Program-made: the position numbers and the translations under genes
Part shown: positions 9,787 through 20,099 of the stretch, piece after piece
Layout of the letters: each line of letters begins with the position of its first letter
Position numbering within the stretch: the first letter of the stretch is position 1
Origin: Nitrospirota bacterium
GTDB taxonomy: Bacteria > Nitrospirota > UBA9217
Length of the DNA stretch: 64,000 nt
Assembly: GCA_963840455.1 (NCBI GenBank)
Contig: CAWIYV010000010.1
Coordinates: forward strand, 416,001 to 480,000
Direction of reading: 5' to 3'
Notes under the pieces: model-generated
What the model saw: the letters and a program-made list of their open reading frames with translations, nothing else
Database searches by the model: none
What the model was told of the DNA's origin: nothing

Positions 9787-11666
9787 CCTGCTGCCTTTCC
9801 CCGCTTTCGCTTCTCCAGGGCGACCATGAGCAGCGAAATGGCCGCCGGCGTAATCCCGGAGATACGCGAGGCCTGGCCAAGCGAGACAGGCCTTACCTGT
9901 TTGAGCTTCTGCTTAACTTCCGAACCGAGCCCGGTGATGGCCTCGTAGTCCAGGTCAGGGGGAATGGCCTTCTGCTCAAGCCCTGCATAGCGCTTCACCT
10001 GGTTCATCTGGCGCTCGATGTATCCTTCGTACTTGACCTGGATCTCCACCTGCTCTGCTGCATCAGGCTTGACCGGAGCAGGCGGCGGGCTGATCTTTTC
10101 AATGTCCCCGTAGCTGAGCTCGGGCCGCTTAAGCAACTGCTCCAGCGACGCCTCTGCCGAAAGTGGCGATGAGCTCCTGCGCTGGAGGTCCGCATTGATC
10201 TGCGGGGACGGCTTGATCAATGTCCGCTTGAGCCTGCCGAGTTCCTGCCCCACAGATTCCTTCTTCTCGAGATACTGATGATAGACCTCATCGGACACGA
10301 GCTTGATCTCCCTGCCGATGTCCCGAAGCCTCATATCGGCGTTGTCCTCCCGAAGGATAAGCCGATACTCCGCACGGGAAGTGAACATTCGGTACGGCTC
10401 TTCCGTTCCGCGCGTCACAAGATCGTCGATCATCACGCCGATATAGGCCTGCGATCTTGCGAGTACGAGCGGTTCCCTTTTTTGTACTTTCAGGCCTGCA
10501 TTGATGCCCGCCATCAGGCCCTGTGCCGCCGCTTCTTCGTATCCCGATGTGCCGTTGATCTGGCCGGCAAAGTAAAGACCTTCGATGAGTTTCGTCTCTA
10601 GGGTATGCTTGACCTGTGTCGGCGGTGCGTAATCATACTCGATCGCGTAGGCAGGCCGCATAATCTCGACATCTTCCAGTCCCGTTATCGAGCGGTAGAG
10701 CTTTGTCTGCACGTCGACCGGCAGGCTGGTAGAAACACCATTGGCGTAATACTCCTCCGTTTCGAGGCCCTCAGGTTCCAGGAAAACCTGATGCCTCTCC
10801 CTCTCAGAGAAGCGCATGACTTTATCTTCGATTGATGGACAGTACCTCGGCCCTATTCCTTTTATCACACCAGCATATAGTGGGGACTGATGAAGATTAT
10901 TTCTTATAATTTCATGTGTAAGTGGGTTGGTATATGTTAAATAGCAGGGTAATTGAGGTAATGGATGGCTATTTTCAGTGAACGAAAAGATCGGCGCAGG
11001 TTCGTCGCCTGGTTGGATCTTCATTTTTCTGAAGTCAATCGAGCGTCCGTTGAGCCGGGCAGGCGTTCCGGTCTTCAGCCTGCCGAGCTCAAAGCCGAGC
11101 TGACTCAGGTTGTCCGACAATCCCACAGACGGGAACTCTCCCGCTCTCCCTGAAGGATAATGTGACAGTCCAATGTGGATCAGCCCCTTCAGGAATGTAC
11201 CGGTCGTGATGATCACTGCAGATGACCGATATTGGACGCCGATGTTCGTCTCTACGCCTTCGACGCGGCCTCCTTCTACGATGAGCTTTTCCACCTGTCC
11301 CTGTTTCACATCGAGACCCTGCTGCTTCTCGAGCGTTTCCTTCATCGCTATGCGGTACCGTTGTTTGTCCGCCTGCGCGCGCGTACCCCGCACTGCCGGC
11401 CCCTTGCTCTTGTTCAGGACGCGGAACTGGATGCCTGTGCGATCGATGCACTTCGCCATCTCTCCGCCCAGCGCGTCGATCTCTTTCACCAGATGGCCCT
11501 TGGCAAGGCCACCGATGGCGGGATTGCAGGACATCTGTGCGATGGTGTCCAGGTTCATCGTGAGCATGAGCGTGGAACAGCCCATGCGCGCCGACGCCAG
11601 TGCTGCCTCACACCCCGCATGCCCGGCGCCTATGACGATGACATCATATCTGTCCTGGTAAGACAT
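9783..11666 (-). CDS. mnmG: tRNA uridine-5-carboxymethylaminomethyl synthesis enzyme MnmG (GidA)
   Basis: GAGHAGCEAA, SCNPAIGG, GPRYCPSIE and AGQINGTSGYEEAAAQG. Confidence 0.98.
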   Translation of the reverse strand: MSYQDRYDVIVIGAGHAGCEAALASARMGCSTLMLTMNLDTIAQMSCNPAIGGLAKGHLVKEIDALGGEMAKCIDRTGIQFRVLNKSKGPAVRGTRAQADKQRYRIAMKETLEKQQGLDVKQGQVEKLIVEGGRVEGVETNIGVQYRSSAVIITTGTFLKGLIHIGLSHYPSGRAGEFPSVGLSDNLSQLGFELGRLKTGTPARLNGRSIDFRKMKIQPGDEPAPIFSFTENSHPLPQLPCYLTYTNPLTHEIIRNNLHQSPLYAGVIKGIGPRYCPSIEDKVMRFSERERHQVFLEPEGLETEEYYANGVSTSLPVDVQTKLYRSITGLEDVEIMRPAYAIEYDYAPPTQVKHTLETKLIEGLYFAGQINGTSGYEEAAAQGLMAGINAGLKVQKREPLVLARSQAYIGVMIDDLVTRGTEEPYRMFTSRAEYRLILREDNADMRLRDIGREIKLVSDEVYHQYLEKKESVGQELGRLKRTLIKPSPQINADLQRRSSSPLSAEASLEQLLKRPELSYGDIEKISPPPAPVKPDAAEQVEIQVKYEGYIERQMNQVKRYAGLEQKAIPPDLDYEAITGLGSEVKQKLKQVRPVSLGQASRISGITPAAISLLMVALEKRKRGKAAG

Positions 11667-11699
11667 CGTTACGCTCGGATCTTCTTATATAACTTTTGT

Positions 11700-13070
11700 T
11701 CACTTGCCGATGCAAAAATCATTGAATATCCTCTCCAGGATATCGTCGGTGTATGTCGCGCCGATGATCATGCCAAGGTGATCAAGCGCGTCGCGCAAAT
11801 CAAGGGCGATAAGCTCGGGCGACAAACTCACTCCCGCTGTCTCGAGCGCCCGCTCTACTGCAGCCCGCGTCAGCTCCAACTCGCGCCGGTGGCGCTCGTT
11901 TACCGCCCAGCCGTGTTCAGCAACAACAGTCCCGTCCTTGGTGACCATGCCGGCAATCATTTCCCGGAGCGCGTCCAGTCCCGCGCCGCTCGCGCACGAA
12001 ACCTCGACCTTCTGAGCTGCATCATTGATCGGCCCGATCCTGCGCGGCAGGTCCACCTTGTTGATCACGATGATCCTGTTCTTGCCGCTGACCTCCCGCA
12101 GGACCCGCTTGTCCCCATCGTGCAGGGGCACTGATCCATCGAGCACGGTGATCGCGATGTCCGCATCTTCAATGGCCGCGAGGCTCCTCTTTACTCCCTC
12201 CGTCTCCACCATGTCATGAGTGTCCCGAATCCCCGCTGTATCAATGATCCTGACCATCACGCCCGCGATGTTCAGGCTTTCCTCAATCACATCCCGCGTC
12301 GTGCCAGGGATGGCAGTGACGATGGCCCGGTCCTGCCGGAGCAGCGCGTTCATGAGCGACGATTTGCCGACATTCGGCCTTCCCACGATTGTCGCCGCCG
12401 CGCCCTCCCGCAGGATCCTTCCGAACGTGTGGCTCCTCAGAAGCTGGTCAACATCCTCCAGAGCGCGCTGCAAAGCGTCGCGCAGCGTCCCTCCCGTTGG
12501 CGTCTCGATGTCCTCGTCGGGAAAATCGACCCCCGCCTCCACTCCGGCAAGAATGCCGACGATCTGTTCCCGCACCGTATCGATCCGCTGTGAAAGCCCG
12601 CCCTTCAGCTGCTCATTCGCCGCGCGCAGGCTCAGCTCCGTCCGGGCCCGTATGAGGTCCATCACCGCCTCGGCCTGCACCAGGTCGATCCTTCCGTTCA
12701 TGAAGGCCCGCTTCGTGAACTCCCCCGGCTCTGCCTGGCGCGCTCCCGCCGCGTTCAATAGGCGGACCGTGCGCCAGAGCGGGGCAAGGCCTCCGTGGCA
12801 GTTGACCTCCACAACGTCCTCACGGGTGTACGTGGCTGGAGCGCGCATGACCGAAAGGAGCACCTCATCGACCGTGTCGCCGTCCTCAGGGTCAACGATG
12901 TGGCCGTAGTGGATCCGGTGGCTCTTCGCAGCGCGGATATCCCCGCCCTGCTTCGGCCTGAAGAGACGTGCCGCGATATCAATGGCATCCCTCCCGCTCA
13001 CGCGGATGATGCCGATGCCCCCTTCGCCGACCGGCGTCGAGACTGCACAGATGGTATCCTGTTCAGACAT
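11700..13070 (-). CDS. mnmE: tRNA modification GTPase MnmE (TrmE)
   Basis: DTICAVST, PGEFTKRAF, GRPNVGKSS, GTTRD, DTAG, NKVD and C-terminal FCIGK. Confidence 0.98.
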   Translation of the reverse strand: MSEQDTICAVSTPVGEGGIGIIRVSGRDAIDIAARLFRPKQGGDIRAAKSHRIHYGHIVDPEDGDTVDEVLLSVMRAPATYTREDVVEVNCHGGLAPLWRTVRLLNAAGARQAEPGEFTKRAFMNGRIDLVQAEAVMDLIRARTELSLRAANEQLKGGLSQRIDTVREQIVGILAGVEAGVDFPDEDIETPTGGTLRDALQRALEDVDQLLRSHTFGRILREGAAATIVGRPNVGKSSLMNALLRQDRAIVTAIPGTTRDVIEESLNIAGVMVRIIDTAGIRDTHDMVETEGVKRSLAAIEDADIAITVLDGSVPLHDGDKRVLREVSGKNRIIVINKVDLPRRIGPINDAAQKVEVSCASGAGLDALREMIAGMVTKDGTVVAEHGWAVNERHRRELELTRAAVERALETAGVSLSPELIALDLRDALDHLGMIIGATYTDDILERIFNDFCIGK

Positions 13071-13214
13071 TGGCGTATATTACCATAAAGACCATGGCTG
13101 CAGAACAGGTTCTTTTCCCCCGTTCTGCCGGGGATGCCGGATAAATTGTTTTATGATAGAATATCGGCAACCGTAAGAAAAAACATGCTCCCGGCTTGTC
13201 ATACAGGAGAATCC

Positions 13215-14808
13215 ATGAACAGCGAAGGCCCTTTGGGAACGGTATCAGCACCATCTTTGTGTTTGTCCCTCCATCGGTATGCAGCTCGACATCAGCAGGA
13301 TGGGTTTTCCCGACGACTACCTCCCGCGTATGGAGCCTGCCATACAGAAGGCTTTTCATTCCATGGCGCTCCTCGAGGCAGGCGTCGTGGCGAACCCGGA
13401 CGAGAACCGCATGGTCGGCCACTATTGGCTCAGGAGCCCCGATCGCTCCCCTTCTCCGGAGATCCGGCGCGAGATCGAGCATACGGTCAAGGCCATCCTT
13501 AAATTTGTTCATGCTATTCACACGGGTTCGATCAAACCGGAGAAACGCGCGCGTTTTACCCGCCTGCTTTGCATCGGTATCGGTGGCTCTGCACTCGGCC
13601 CGCAGTTTGTTTCTGATGCCCTTGGTACTTCCCATGACCGCCTTAAGCCGTTCTTTCTCGACAACACTGATCCCGATGGCATCGACCGCGTTCTTTCTGA
13701 GATAGACAACGACCTGGCTGAAACGCTCACGATCGTCATTTCGAAAAGTGGTGGAACAATCGAGACCAGGAACGGGATGGTGGAGACAGCAGAAGCATAT
13801 CGAAAGAAAAAACTGAAATTTGAAAAACACGCAGTAGCAGTAACCGGGGTGGGAAGCAAGTTAGATATTCATGCTATTAATGGAAAATGGATAACAAGAT
13901 TTCCGATGTGGGAATGGGTTGGTGGGAGAACCTCTATTACATCTGCTGTTGGACTTCTCCCAATGGCACTACAAGGTATTGATATAATTGATTTTATAAG
14001 CGGCTCTTCACTTTGCGACACCTTTACGAGAAATACGATTACCTCTATCAATCCTGCTGCTCTTCTCGCCTTAATGTGGCATTATGCGACAGACGGGCGC
14101 GGCAAACGGGATATGGTCATCCTTCCTTACAAGGACCGGCTCCATCTCTTTGCCAAGTATCTTCAGCAGCTCATCATGGAATCGATCGGCAAGGAGAAGG
14201 ACCTGCAGGGCAAGACCGTAAATCAGGGCATCACGGTCTACGGCAACAAGGGGGCGACAGACCAGCACGCCTATGTCCAGCAGCTGCGCGAGGGAGTGAA
14301 CAATTTCTTCGTGACCTTCATCGAAGTGCTCGAGGACCGTGCCGGCCATTCCATTGAGGTCGAACCCGGCGTGACCAGCGGCGACTACCTGAACAGCTAT
14401 CTCCAGGGTACGCGCAATGCCCTTTACGAGAACGGCCGCCATTCCCTTACTATCACGATCGACCGTCTCGACGCACGATCGATCGGCGCACTTATCGCTC
14501 TCTACGAGCGCGCGGTCGGGCTCTACGCCTCGCTCGTGAACATCAACGCCTACCACCAGCCCGGTGTCGAAGCAGGGAAAAAAATGGCCGGCGCCGTCAT
14601 CGCAATCCAGAACCAGGTCCTTGCGTACCTGCACAAGAATCCCGGCCAATCGTTCACCGCGGAAGAGATTTCCAGAGCCATCAACGCGGAAGACAGCGTT
14701 GAGATAATCTTCAAGGTCCTGCTGCATGCCAGCGCAAACAAGGACCACAAGATCAAGAAGACCGCAGGGAAGGACATTATTTCTTCAAAGTACGAATCTT
14801 TGCGATAG
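13215..14808 (+). CDS. pgi: Glucose-6-phosphate isomerase, with an apparent +1 frameshift near 13224
   Basis: [30 protein letters not shown] and [18 protein letters not shown] plus ATG at 13215 is one base out of frame with KALWERY...MQLDISR (long ORF 13279-14808). Confidence 0.92.
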
Positions 14809-14830
14809 AGCGTCTTGACGCCCTGCTCGA

Positions 14831-15966
14831 TCACATCAGCCCGTCGATAGCCTCAAAGAGCCTTTCAATATCGGATTCGATGTTGTAAAAATGCGGTGAC
14901 ACACGCAAACCCCCGCCCCGGACGTTGACCATGATCCCCTTCTCCCGAAGTCCGATTCTGACCGCCTCCTGATCGAAATGCCCCCTAAACGTTACGTTGC
15001 CTCCTCGTTCGCGGCGCTCCCTCGGCGTCAGAATTTCGAATCCCCTTTTGTCCGCTTCTTCGATTATCTCATCGCCTAGATCGAGCACGTGCTGTTCGAT
15101 ATCCCTATGCTGGCTTCCAGGAGCAGCTCTACTGCCGCCCCGAGGCCGAAGACCCCCATCAGGTTCATGGATCCCTCCTCGAATCGCTGTGCATCTCGCT
15201 TCAGTACGAGGTGCGGCTGATCGAAATCGAACTCGTTCTGAACGCTCTTCCAGCCGATAAGCGATGGGGCAATGCGTTCGGTTAGCTCCTTTCTGCAGTA
15301 GAAGATCCCGATCCCTTCGGGGCCGAGAAGCCATTTGTGCGCATCTGCAGAAAGAAAATCCACGTTACACGCCTGCACATCCATCGGGATCATGCCCAGG
15401 CTCTGAATGGCATCAACACAGAGCAGAATGTTCCTATCGCGGCACAGACCGCCCAGCCGCTTCAAATCGATCCTGAACCCGTTGGAGAACTGGACCGAGC
15501 TGACTGTTACCATACGCGTCCGGCTGTCCATGAGCCTCTCAATGTCTTCGATCTGAACCCTCCCGTTCCTGAAAGGAACCGGTCTCGCTTCGACACCTTT
15601 TCTTTTGAGGTTCTGCCACGGAAATATATTTGAGGGGAATTCCCGTTCATAGAACAAAATGTTCTCCCCGGCTTTCCAATCAATACCCTCCGCAACAAGG
15701 GAAAGTCCATGCGAAGTGTTCTTAACAAAGGCGATTTCATCTGCTTCTGCGTGAATGAGACGGGCGCAGCTTGTTCTGACCTCATTGACCCTGTGTGCCC
15801 ACGCGGGATAATGGAACGCCCCGCCTTCTGATGATTCCCGAAGAAAAACCTCGACGGCAGACTTCACGCGCACGGAGGCCGGCGCAACGCCCGCGTGGTC
15901 GAGGTAGATATAGTTCTCCACCACAGGAAATTCCCGTCGGTATTTTTCTATCGTTTTATCGTCCAT
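14831..15966 (-). CDS. Class V PLP-dependent aminotransferase / cysteine desulfurase-like protein, frameshifted near 15104
   Basis: YLDHAG, NTSHG, VDAIQS, SADAHKWLLGP and RFEEGS in 15076-15966. The C-terminus LRVSPHFYN is in another frame, and adding one base to the G-run at 15103-15105 joins them. Confidence 0.88.
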
Positions 15967-16226
15967 GGCTTTCGTATATACACCTCTTTATCCGCGCGCG
16001 ACAGCCTCTTGATCGCATGCTCCTTCTTCAGCGCATCCGACCTCCCCCTGCACGTTTCATGGTGCACCATCCTGACCGGCAGTCTGCTTCTCGTATATTT
16101 CGATGCGGTCCCGTTCCGGTGCCTCTCGAGACGCCTCGGCAAATCCACGGTTATCCCGGTATACAGCGTCCTGTCGCCGCACTTTAGTATGTACAGGCTC
16201 CACTTCTTTTTTATCGTTTTCGGCAC
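15948..16226 (-). CDS. Small GIY-YIG nuclease (YhbQ/UPF0213-like)
   Basis: WSLYILKCGDRTLYTGIT.DLPRRLERH...SKYTRSRLPV...ALKKEHAIK. Confidence 0.9.
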   Translation of the reverse strand: MPKTIKKKWSLYILKCGDRTLYTGITVDLPRRLERHRNGTASKYTRSRLPVRMVHHETCRGRSDALKKEHAIKRLSRADKEVYIRKPWTIKR

Positions 16227-16304
16227 GCGGAAATTGTAATGAAACTGCCCTGTAATAGCAAGATGATTGTAGACAGTACCCAAGAAAGACGTTATTATTT
16301 CGGC

Positions 16305-16739
16305 ATGAAAAAAGGCATTGACTACATCGGTGTCGGAACCGGCGCGATTATTTTCAATAAGGACGGAGCCCTCTTTCTAGCGAAACGCGGAAAAGAAGCG
16401 CGGAACGAGAAGCACAAATGGGAGTTCCCCGGTGGCAGCGTCGAGTTCGGTGAGACCTTGGAAAATGCCCTCGTGCGGGAAGTGCGGGAGGAATTCGGGT
16501 TCGTGATCAAGGTGATTCAGCTTCTTGATGTGGTGAACCACATCCTACCCAAGGAAAAGCAGCACTGGGTCTCCCCGACCTATCTATGCAGTTACATGAG
16601 CGGCGAGCCCTGCATCCTGGAACCACACAAATGCGAAGAGATCGGCTGGTTCAGCCTTGACAAGATTCCGGTGAACGATTTGACCATGGCCTCTCAAAAA
16701 AGCCTGGGTAGTCTGAAGAAATATCTTTCTGCTAACTGA
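16305..16739 (+). CDS. NUDIX hydrolase
   Basis: Nudix box GGSVEFGETLENALVREVREEFG. Confidence 0.9.
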   Translation: MKKGIDYIGVGTGAIIFNKDGALFLAKRGKEARNEKHKWEFPGGSVEFGETLENALVREVREEFGFVIKVIQLLDVVNHILPKEKQHWVSPTYLCSYMSGEPCILEPHKCEEIGWFSLDKIPVNDLTMASQKSLGSLKKYLSAN

Positions 16740-16970
16740 TCCGTAGCATTTATGTGATTATGCATGAACCATTATCGTTCTTTTCCCGCCGATGTCTGTG
16801 CTCCTGAAATTCGGTGTTCTGCTGGCTTCTGAAACGACCCTCCCCCGGCAGGAGCCGGGGGTTTTCTGCGGCTCAATAATCTTGGAGAAAATTATACGGG
16901 GTAAGATGATGTAGTCGTTCATGTTGTCACCACAACAACCACAACGGTCGACATGTCCGATCAAAAACAC

Positions 16971-17546
16971 TCATCGCTTACCGCCGGTGATCCACCAGTC
17001 ACCTTTATCACTGAACCACCATAACGATGAATCTGTTTCTAGGATGGTCCTCGCGAGCTCTTTCGCGCTTTCGGTCTGGAGCCTCTTCATCGAGAAACCA
17101 AGCCATTCGTCAGCATACTTGTTCCCGAGATCCTTGTACTCCTTGAGTGCGAGGATCATTTCCAGCTGGTCTGCATCCTTTGCCAATCGTGCTTCTTCGG
17201 TCATTCCCTCCTCATATTCACTGATCAGTCCCTGGATCTCGTTGCCGAATGGAAGCGTCTCTACAAGGTCCTTAACAGCCTTTTTTTCATCCGCAGTGAC
17301 ATATTTCTTGTTAACATAATTAAGATCACCAGTCCTCGCTTCCGGCAGGTCATGGAAAAGACACATCTTGATCAACCTGTCAACATTGATCCCCGTTGCC
17401 GATTGTCCGAGTGCATATCCAATATATGTCGTTCTGAAAATGTGTTCTGCGACCGATTCTGCTCCGGTCCCGAGGAATTGAAAACCGCTTCGTGGCGTGC
17501 GCTTCAGCATGCCTGCTTCGAACAAAAAGTTTGCGATATTTTTCAT
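16971..17546 (-). CDS. HD-domain phosphohydrolase (YfbR/HDDC2-like)
   Basis: LKRTPRSG, ESVAEH, HDLPEARTGD and DADQLE. Confidence 0.9.
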   Translation of the reverse strand: MKNIANFLFEAGMLKRTPRSGFQFLGTGAESVAEHIFRTTYIGYALGQSATGINVDRLIKMCLFHDLPEARTGDLNYVNKKYVTADEKKAVKDLVETLPFGNEIQGLISEYEEGMTEEARLAKDADQLEMILALKEYKDLGNKYADEWLGFSMKRLQTESAKELARTILETDSSLWWFSDKGDWWITGGKR

Positions 17547-17642
17547 GGGATCTCTTTGTGGTATTATCGCAATAGCGATTCAGCTGGCATCCGGTGCTTT
17601 CTTCCGGGTTGTCCTGCTGATCAGTACCCGCGTGACCTGTGC

Positions 17643-17852
17643 TTACAATACCGTTATCATCCTTCCCTCATATTCCACAATCTGACCCTTGCGGATCTTG
17701 CTCCTTTTTCTCAACTCCACAATTCCATCAACCTTTACAAGACCTTCTGCAATTGCTGTTTTTGCGGCACCACCCGTGGAACAGAGACCCTTGACCTTCA
17801 AAAGATCGTGCAGTTCTATGAACTTCTGATCCGTTATCTCGAATACTTCCAT
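17643..17852 (-). CDS. S4-domain RNA-binding protein (YbcJ/YaaA-like)
   Basis: IELHDLLK...TGGAAK..I.EGLVKVDG..ELRKRSKI..G. Confidence 0.88.
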   Translation of the reverse strand: MEVFEITDQKFIELHDLLKVKGLCSTGGAAKTAIAEGLVKVDGIVELRKRSKIRKGQIVEYEGRMITVL

Positions 17853-17929
17853 ATTTCATCCTTCCCGGATTTTCCTTTAGACCGCCCCCGCAGCTTTTTC
17901 AATCGTATTGTTATGACGCTTTCAGAATA

Positions 17930-18320
17930 AACACGAGCTCTTTGTTCTCCACAATCTCTTCGGTAAATATATTATCAGTGATCAAGAGAAAGAAAGATAC
18001 CACGCTGGTGACAGAAAGCCAATGAATTTTTTATTCCAGTATGTTTTTTTTCGATTGAAAATGATGACGCGGAAAATGTGTTCTCTATAAGATTATTATT
18101 ACTATACTATATAAATAAAATTAGTAGTAGTAGTAGTAGGTCGTGTTGAAATGTTAGGATGAAACGCAACGATAGGAAAAGGAATGAAAATTCTTGAAGG
18201 ATAAGGCTGATGACATCGGAACCATGCTGATGGGATTTGTGTGGAAGAAAAAGCGGATAAAGGAATCCACAGGGTTGTGAGTACGGAATCAACAGGGATG
18301 CGTTGAAAAGATGGTAAGTC
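17930..18320. other. Candidate oriC: DnaA-trio repeat, AT-rich unwinding tract and degenerate DnaA boxes
   Basis: (TAG)6 at 18122-18139 with an AT-rich tract on the left, and GTCG plus box-like TGTTGAAAT (18144-18152) on the right. Further box-like 9-mers at 17945 (TTCTCCACA), 18240 (TGTGGAAGA), 18263 (GAATCCACA) and 18286 (GAATCAACA). Confidence 0.75.
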
Positions 18321-18324
18321 CTTG

Positions 18325-18678
18325 TTATCCTGGAGGCCACGAAAAAGCTCGTCCCGATAACAAGTGAAGATGGATATGAAAGACCGTCTGTCCGGCATTA
18401 CGGCCGTTGTTGATGACCATCCGATAGCCACCATTATTGAGCCCGCGCTTTTCTCCAAGCGTTTGCGCAACGAAGAACAAATGCCCGATGAGCTCGCGGT
18501 CTACGTGTTTAATACTGTGAATGTCCTGGATATGCTTTTTCGGCACGATCAGAATATGGATCGGCGCCTGAGGGTTGATATCCTCGAATGCGACGGCATG
18601 CTCGTCTTCGTAGACCAGTTTGGCGGGCACCTTTTTTTCGATGATCTTGCAGAAGATGCAGTTTGGGTCGTGACCCAT
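18325..18678 (-). CDS. Histidine triad nucleotide-binding protein (HinT)
   Basis: CIFCKII...FEDINPQAPIHILIVPKKH...GQTVFHIHLHLLSGR...WPPG. Confidence 0.95.
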   Translation of the reverse strand: MGHDPNCIFCKIIEKKVPAKLVYEDEHAVAFEDINPQAPIHILIVPKKHIQDIHSIKHVDRELIGHLFFVAQTLGEKRGLNNGGYRMVINNGRNAGQTVFHIHLHLLSGRAFSWPPG

Positions 18679-18689
18679 TTTACGTCCCC

Positions 18690-19016
18690 CTATTCCCGTG
18701 CAAAGCTTCGGAAGAAACAGCTCTTCTCTCCCGTGTGGCATGCTGGCCCCGTCTGGTCCACTTTGATGAGCAACGTGTCTAGGTCGCAGTCATACAGGAT
18801 GTCCTTCACCTTCTGGACATGGCCGGACGTCTCCCCTTTTTGCCAGAACTTCTGCCGCGAACGGCTCCAAAACCAGGTGAATCCCGTTTCTACGGTTTTT
18901 TTTACAGACGCAGCGTTCATGTAGGCAACCATGAGCACGTCACCGCTTTTCCAGTCCTGGATTACAGCGGGAATCAGGCCTTTTTCATCGTACTTGAGGT
19001 CTGCCGGAATTTTCAT
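18690..19016 (-). CDS. hisI: Phosphoribosyl-AMP cyclohydrolase
   Basis: [28 protein letters not shown] and ACHTG..SCF. Confidence 0.95.
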   Translation of the reverse strand: MKIPADLKYDEKGLIPAVIQDWKSGDVLMVAYMNAASVKKTVETGFTWFWSRSRQKFWQKGETSGHVQKVKDILYDCDLDTLLIKVDQTGPACHTGEKSCFFRSFARE

Positions 19017-19062
19017 GCCGGTCTTTTATCATAAATGCAGTGAAATGTCCAGTGGAAGCAAC

Positions 19063-19098
19063 AAAAAACCGGTCTCGCATGGTAGTACGAGACCGGTC
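19063..19098 (-). terminator. Rho-independent terminator after the dsrE2-like gene
   Basis: ACCGGTCTCG...CGAGACCGGT hairpin with an A-run on its left, which reads as a U-tract on the minus strand. Confidence 0.65.
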
Positions 19099-19125
19099 AT
19101 CAAAACTCTTCAGGACGTTCTTTTT

Positions 19126-19599
19126 TTAAATAAATAGGTTGACCTGGGAATCTGCGGCAGCATCCAGCCACATTGCGGCGCCGCCGAATTCAACGCCATC
19201 GATGATGTCCGTTTGCTTGACACCCATGACATCCATGGTCATCTGGCAGGCGATGAGCTTGACGCCGCTTTCCTTCGCCATGTCGAGGAGTTGCCCGATA
19301 GTGGCGACGCCGTGTTTTTTGAACATGGACTTCATCATGGCTGTTGCCATGGCCTCCATTCCGGGAAGCGAAGAAATAAGAGTCGGGATGGGTACCGGCA
19401 TTGGCATTGCGGGATTCCCGAGCGGCGAGACCTTGAGGCTGTCGGCCTTCCCTTTCTTGATAATGTCGAGTCCGTAGAATGTGAAGAAGATTGTTACATC
19501 CAAGTCCATCGCAGCGGCAGTGGTTGCGAGAATGAGTGGTGGATAGGCCATGTCAAGCGATCCCTTGGACGCAATGATGGTCATTTTTTTCTTTGCCAT
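19126..19599 (-). CDS. DsrE2-like sulfur-trafficking protein (DsrE/DsrF/DrsH-like family)
   Basis: KGSLDMAYPPLILATTAAAM...FFTFYGL...ACQMTMDVMG, with the conserved Cys. Confidence 0.88.
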   Translation of the reverse strand: MAKKKMTIIASKGSLDMAYPPLILATTAAAMDLDVTIFFTFYGLDIIKKGKADSLKVSPLGNPAMPMPVPIPTLISSLPGMEAMATAMMKSMFKKHGVATIGQLLDMAKESGVKLIACQMTMDVMGVKQTDIIDGVEFGGAAMWLDAAADSQVNLFI

Positions 19600-19612
19600 G
19601 GTGATAAGCCCC

Positions 19613-19855
19613 CTATGTCGTTTTCTTGATATAGAACGTGAACGTCCCCGAGCCTTCTTCGACCTTCAGGATCTCATTACCGGTCCTTTTGGCCCACGAC
19701 GCCATATCGTTCTTTGATCCGGGGTCCGTGGTCTCGACCTTCAAGACCTGGTCTTTGGAAAGTCCTTCGATGGTTTTCTTGGTCTTTAAGATCGGGAGAG
19801 GACAGCTCATCCCTTTTGCATCGAGCAACTGGTCAAATTTGATGTCTGCTGACAT
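19613..19855 (-). CDS. tusA: Sulfurtransferase TusA family protein
   Basis: LDAKGMSCPLPILK...TTDPGS..D...W. Confidence 0.92.
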   Translation of the reverse strand: MSADIKFDQLLDAKGMSCPLPILKTKKTIEGLSKDQVLKVETTDPGSKNDMASWAKRTGNEILKVEEGSGTFTFYIKKTT

Positions 19856-20099
19856 ATAGCTACCCCCTTCTTGTCATAAGATGATAAAAATATTCCTGTG
19901 CAACAAGTGTTTTATTATAGCCGCCAATAGTTTCAAAGTCAAGCAATTTTGCATGAATTGTTTGTAATGACGATGCAAACTTCCGTATCCGGTAAGCATG
20001 AAAAGAAAAATACCTTGCCAGAGATTAGTCGTTCTGGTATAGTTCCGCCTCTCTCATTGCATTGAATTATAGAGTCAGCAAGAACCATGCTTGGACTGG

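Noticed and set aside
16758-16970. 70-aa minus-strand ORF after the HD gene
   Set aside because: No recognisable motif or clear RBS, so it cannot be supported as a gene.
18102-18470. ORFs with poly-Thr or poly-Leu tails
   Set aside because: They are translations of the (TAG)6 DnaA-trio repeat in the candidate origin.
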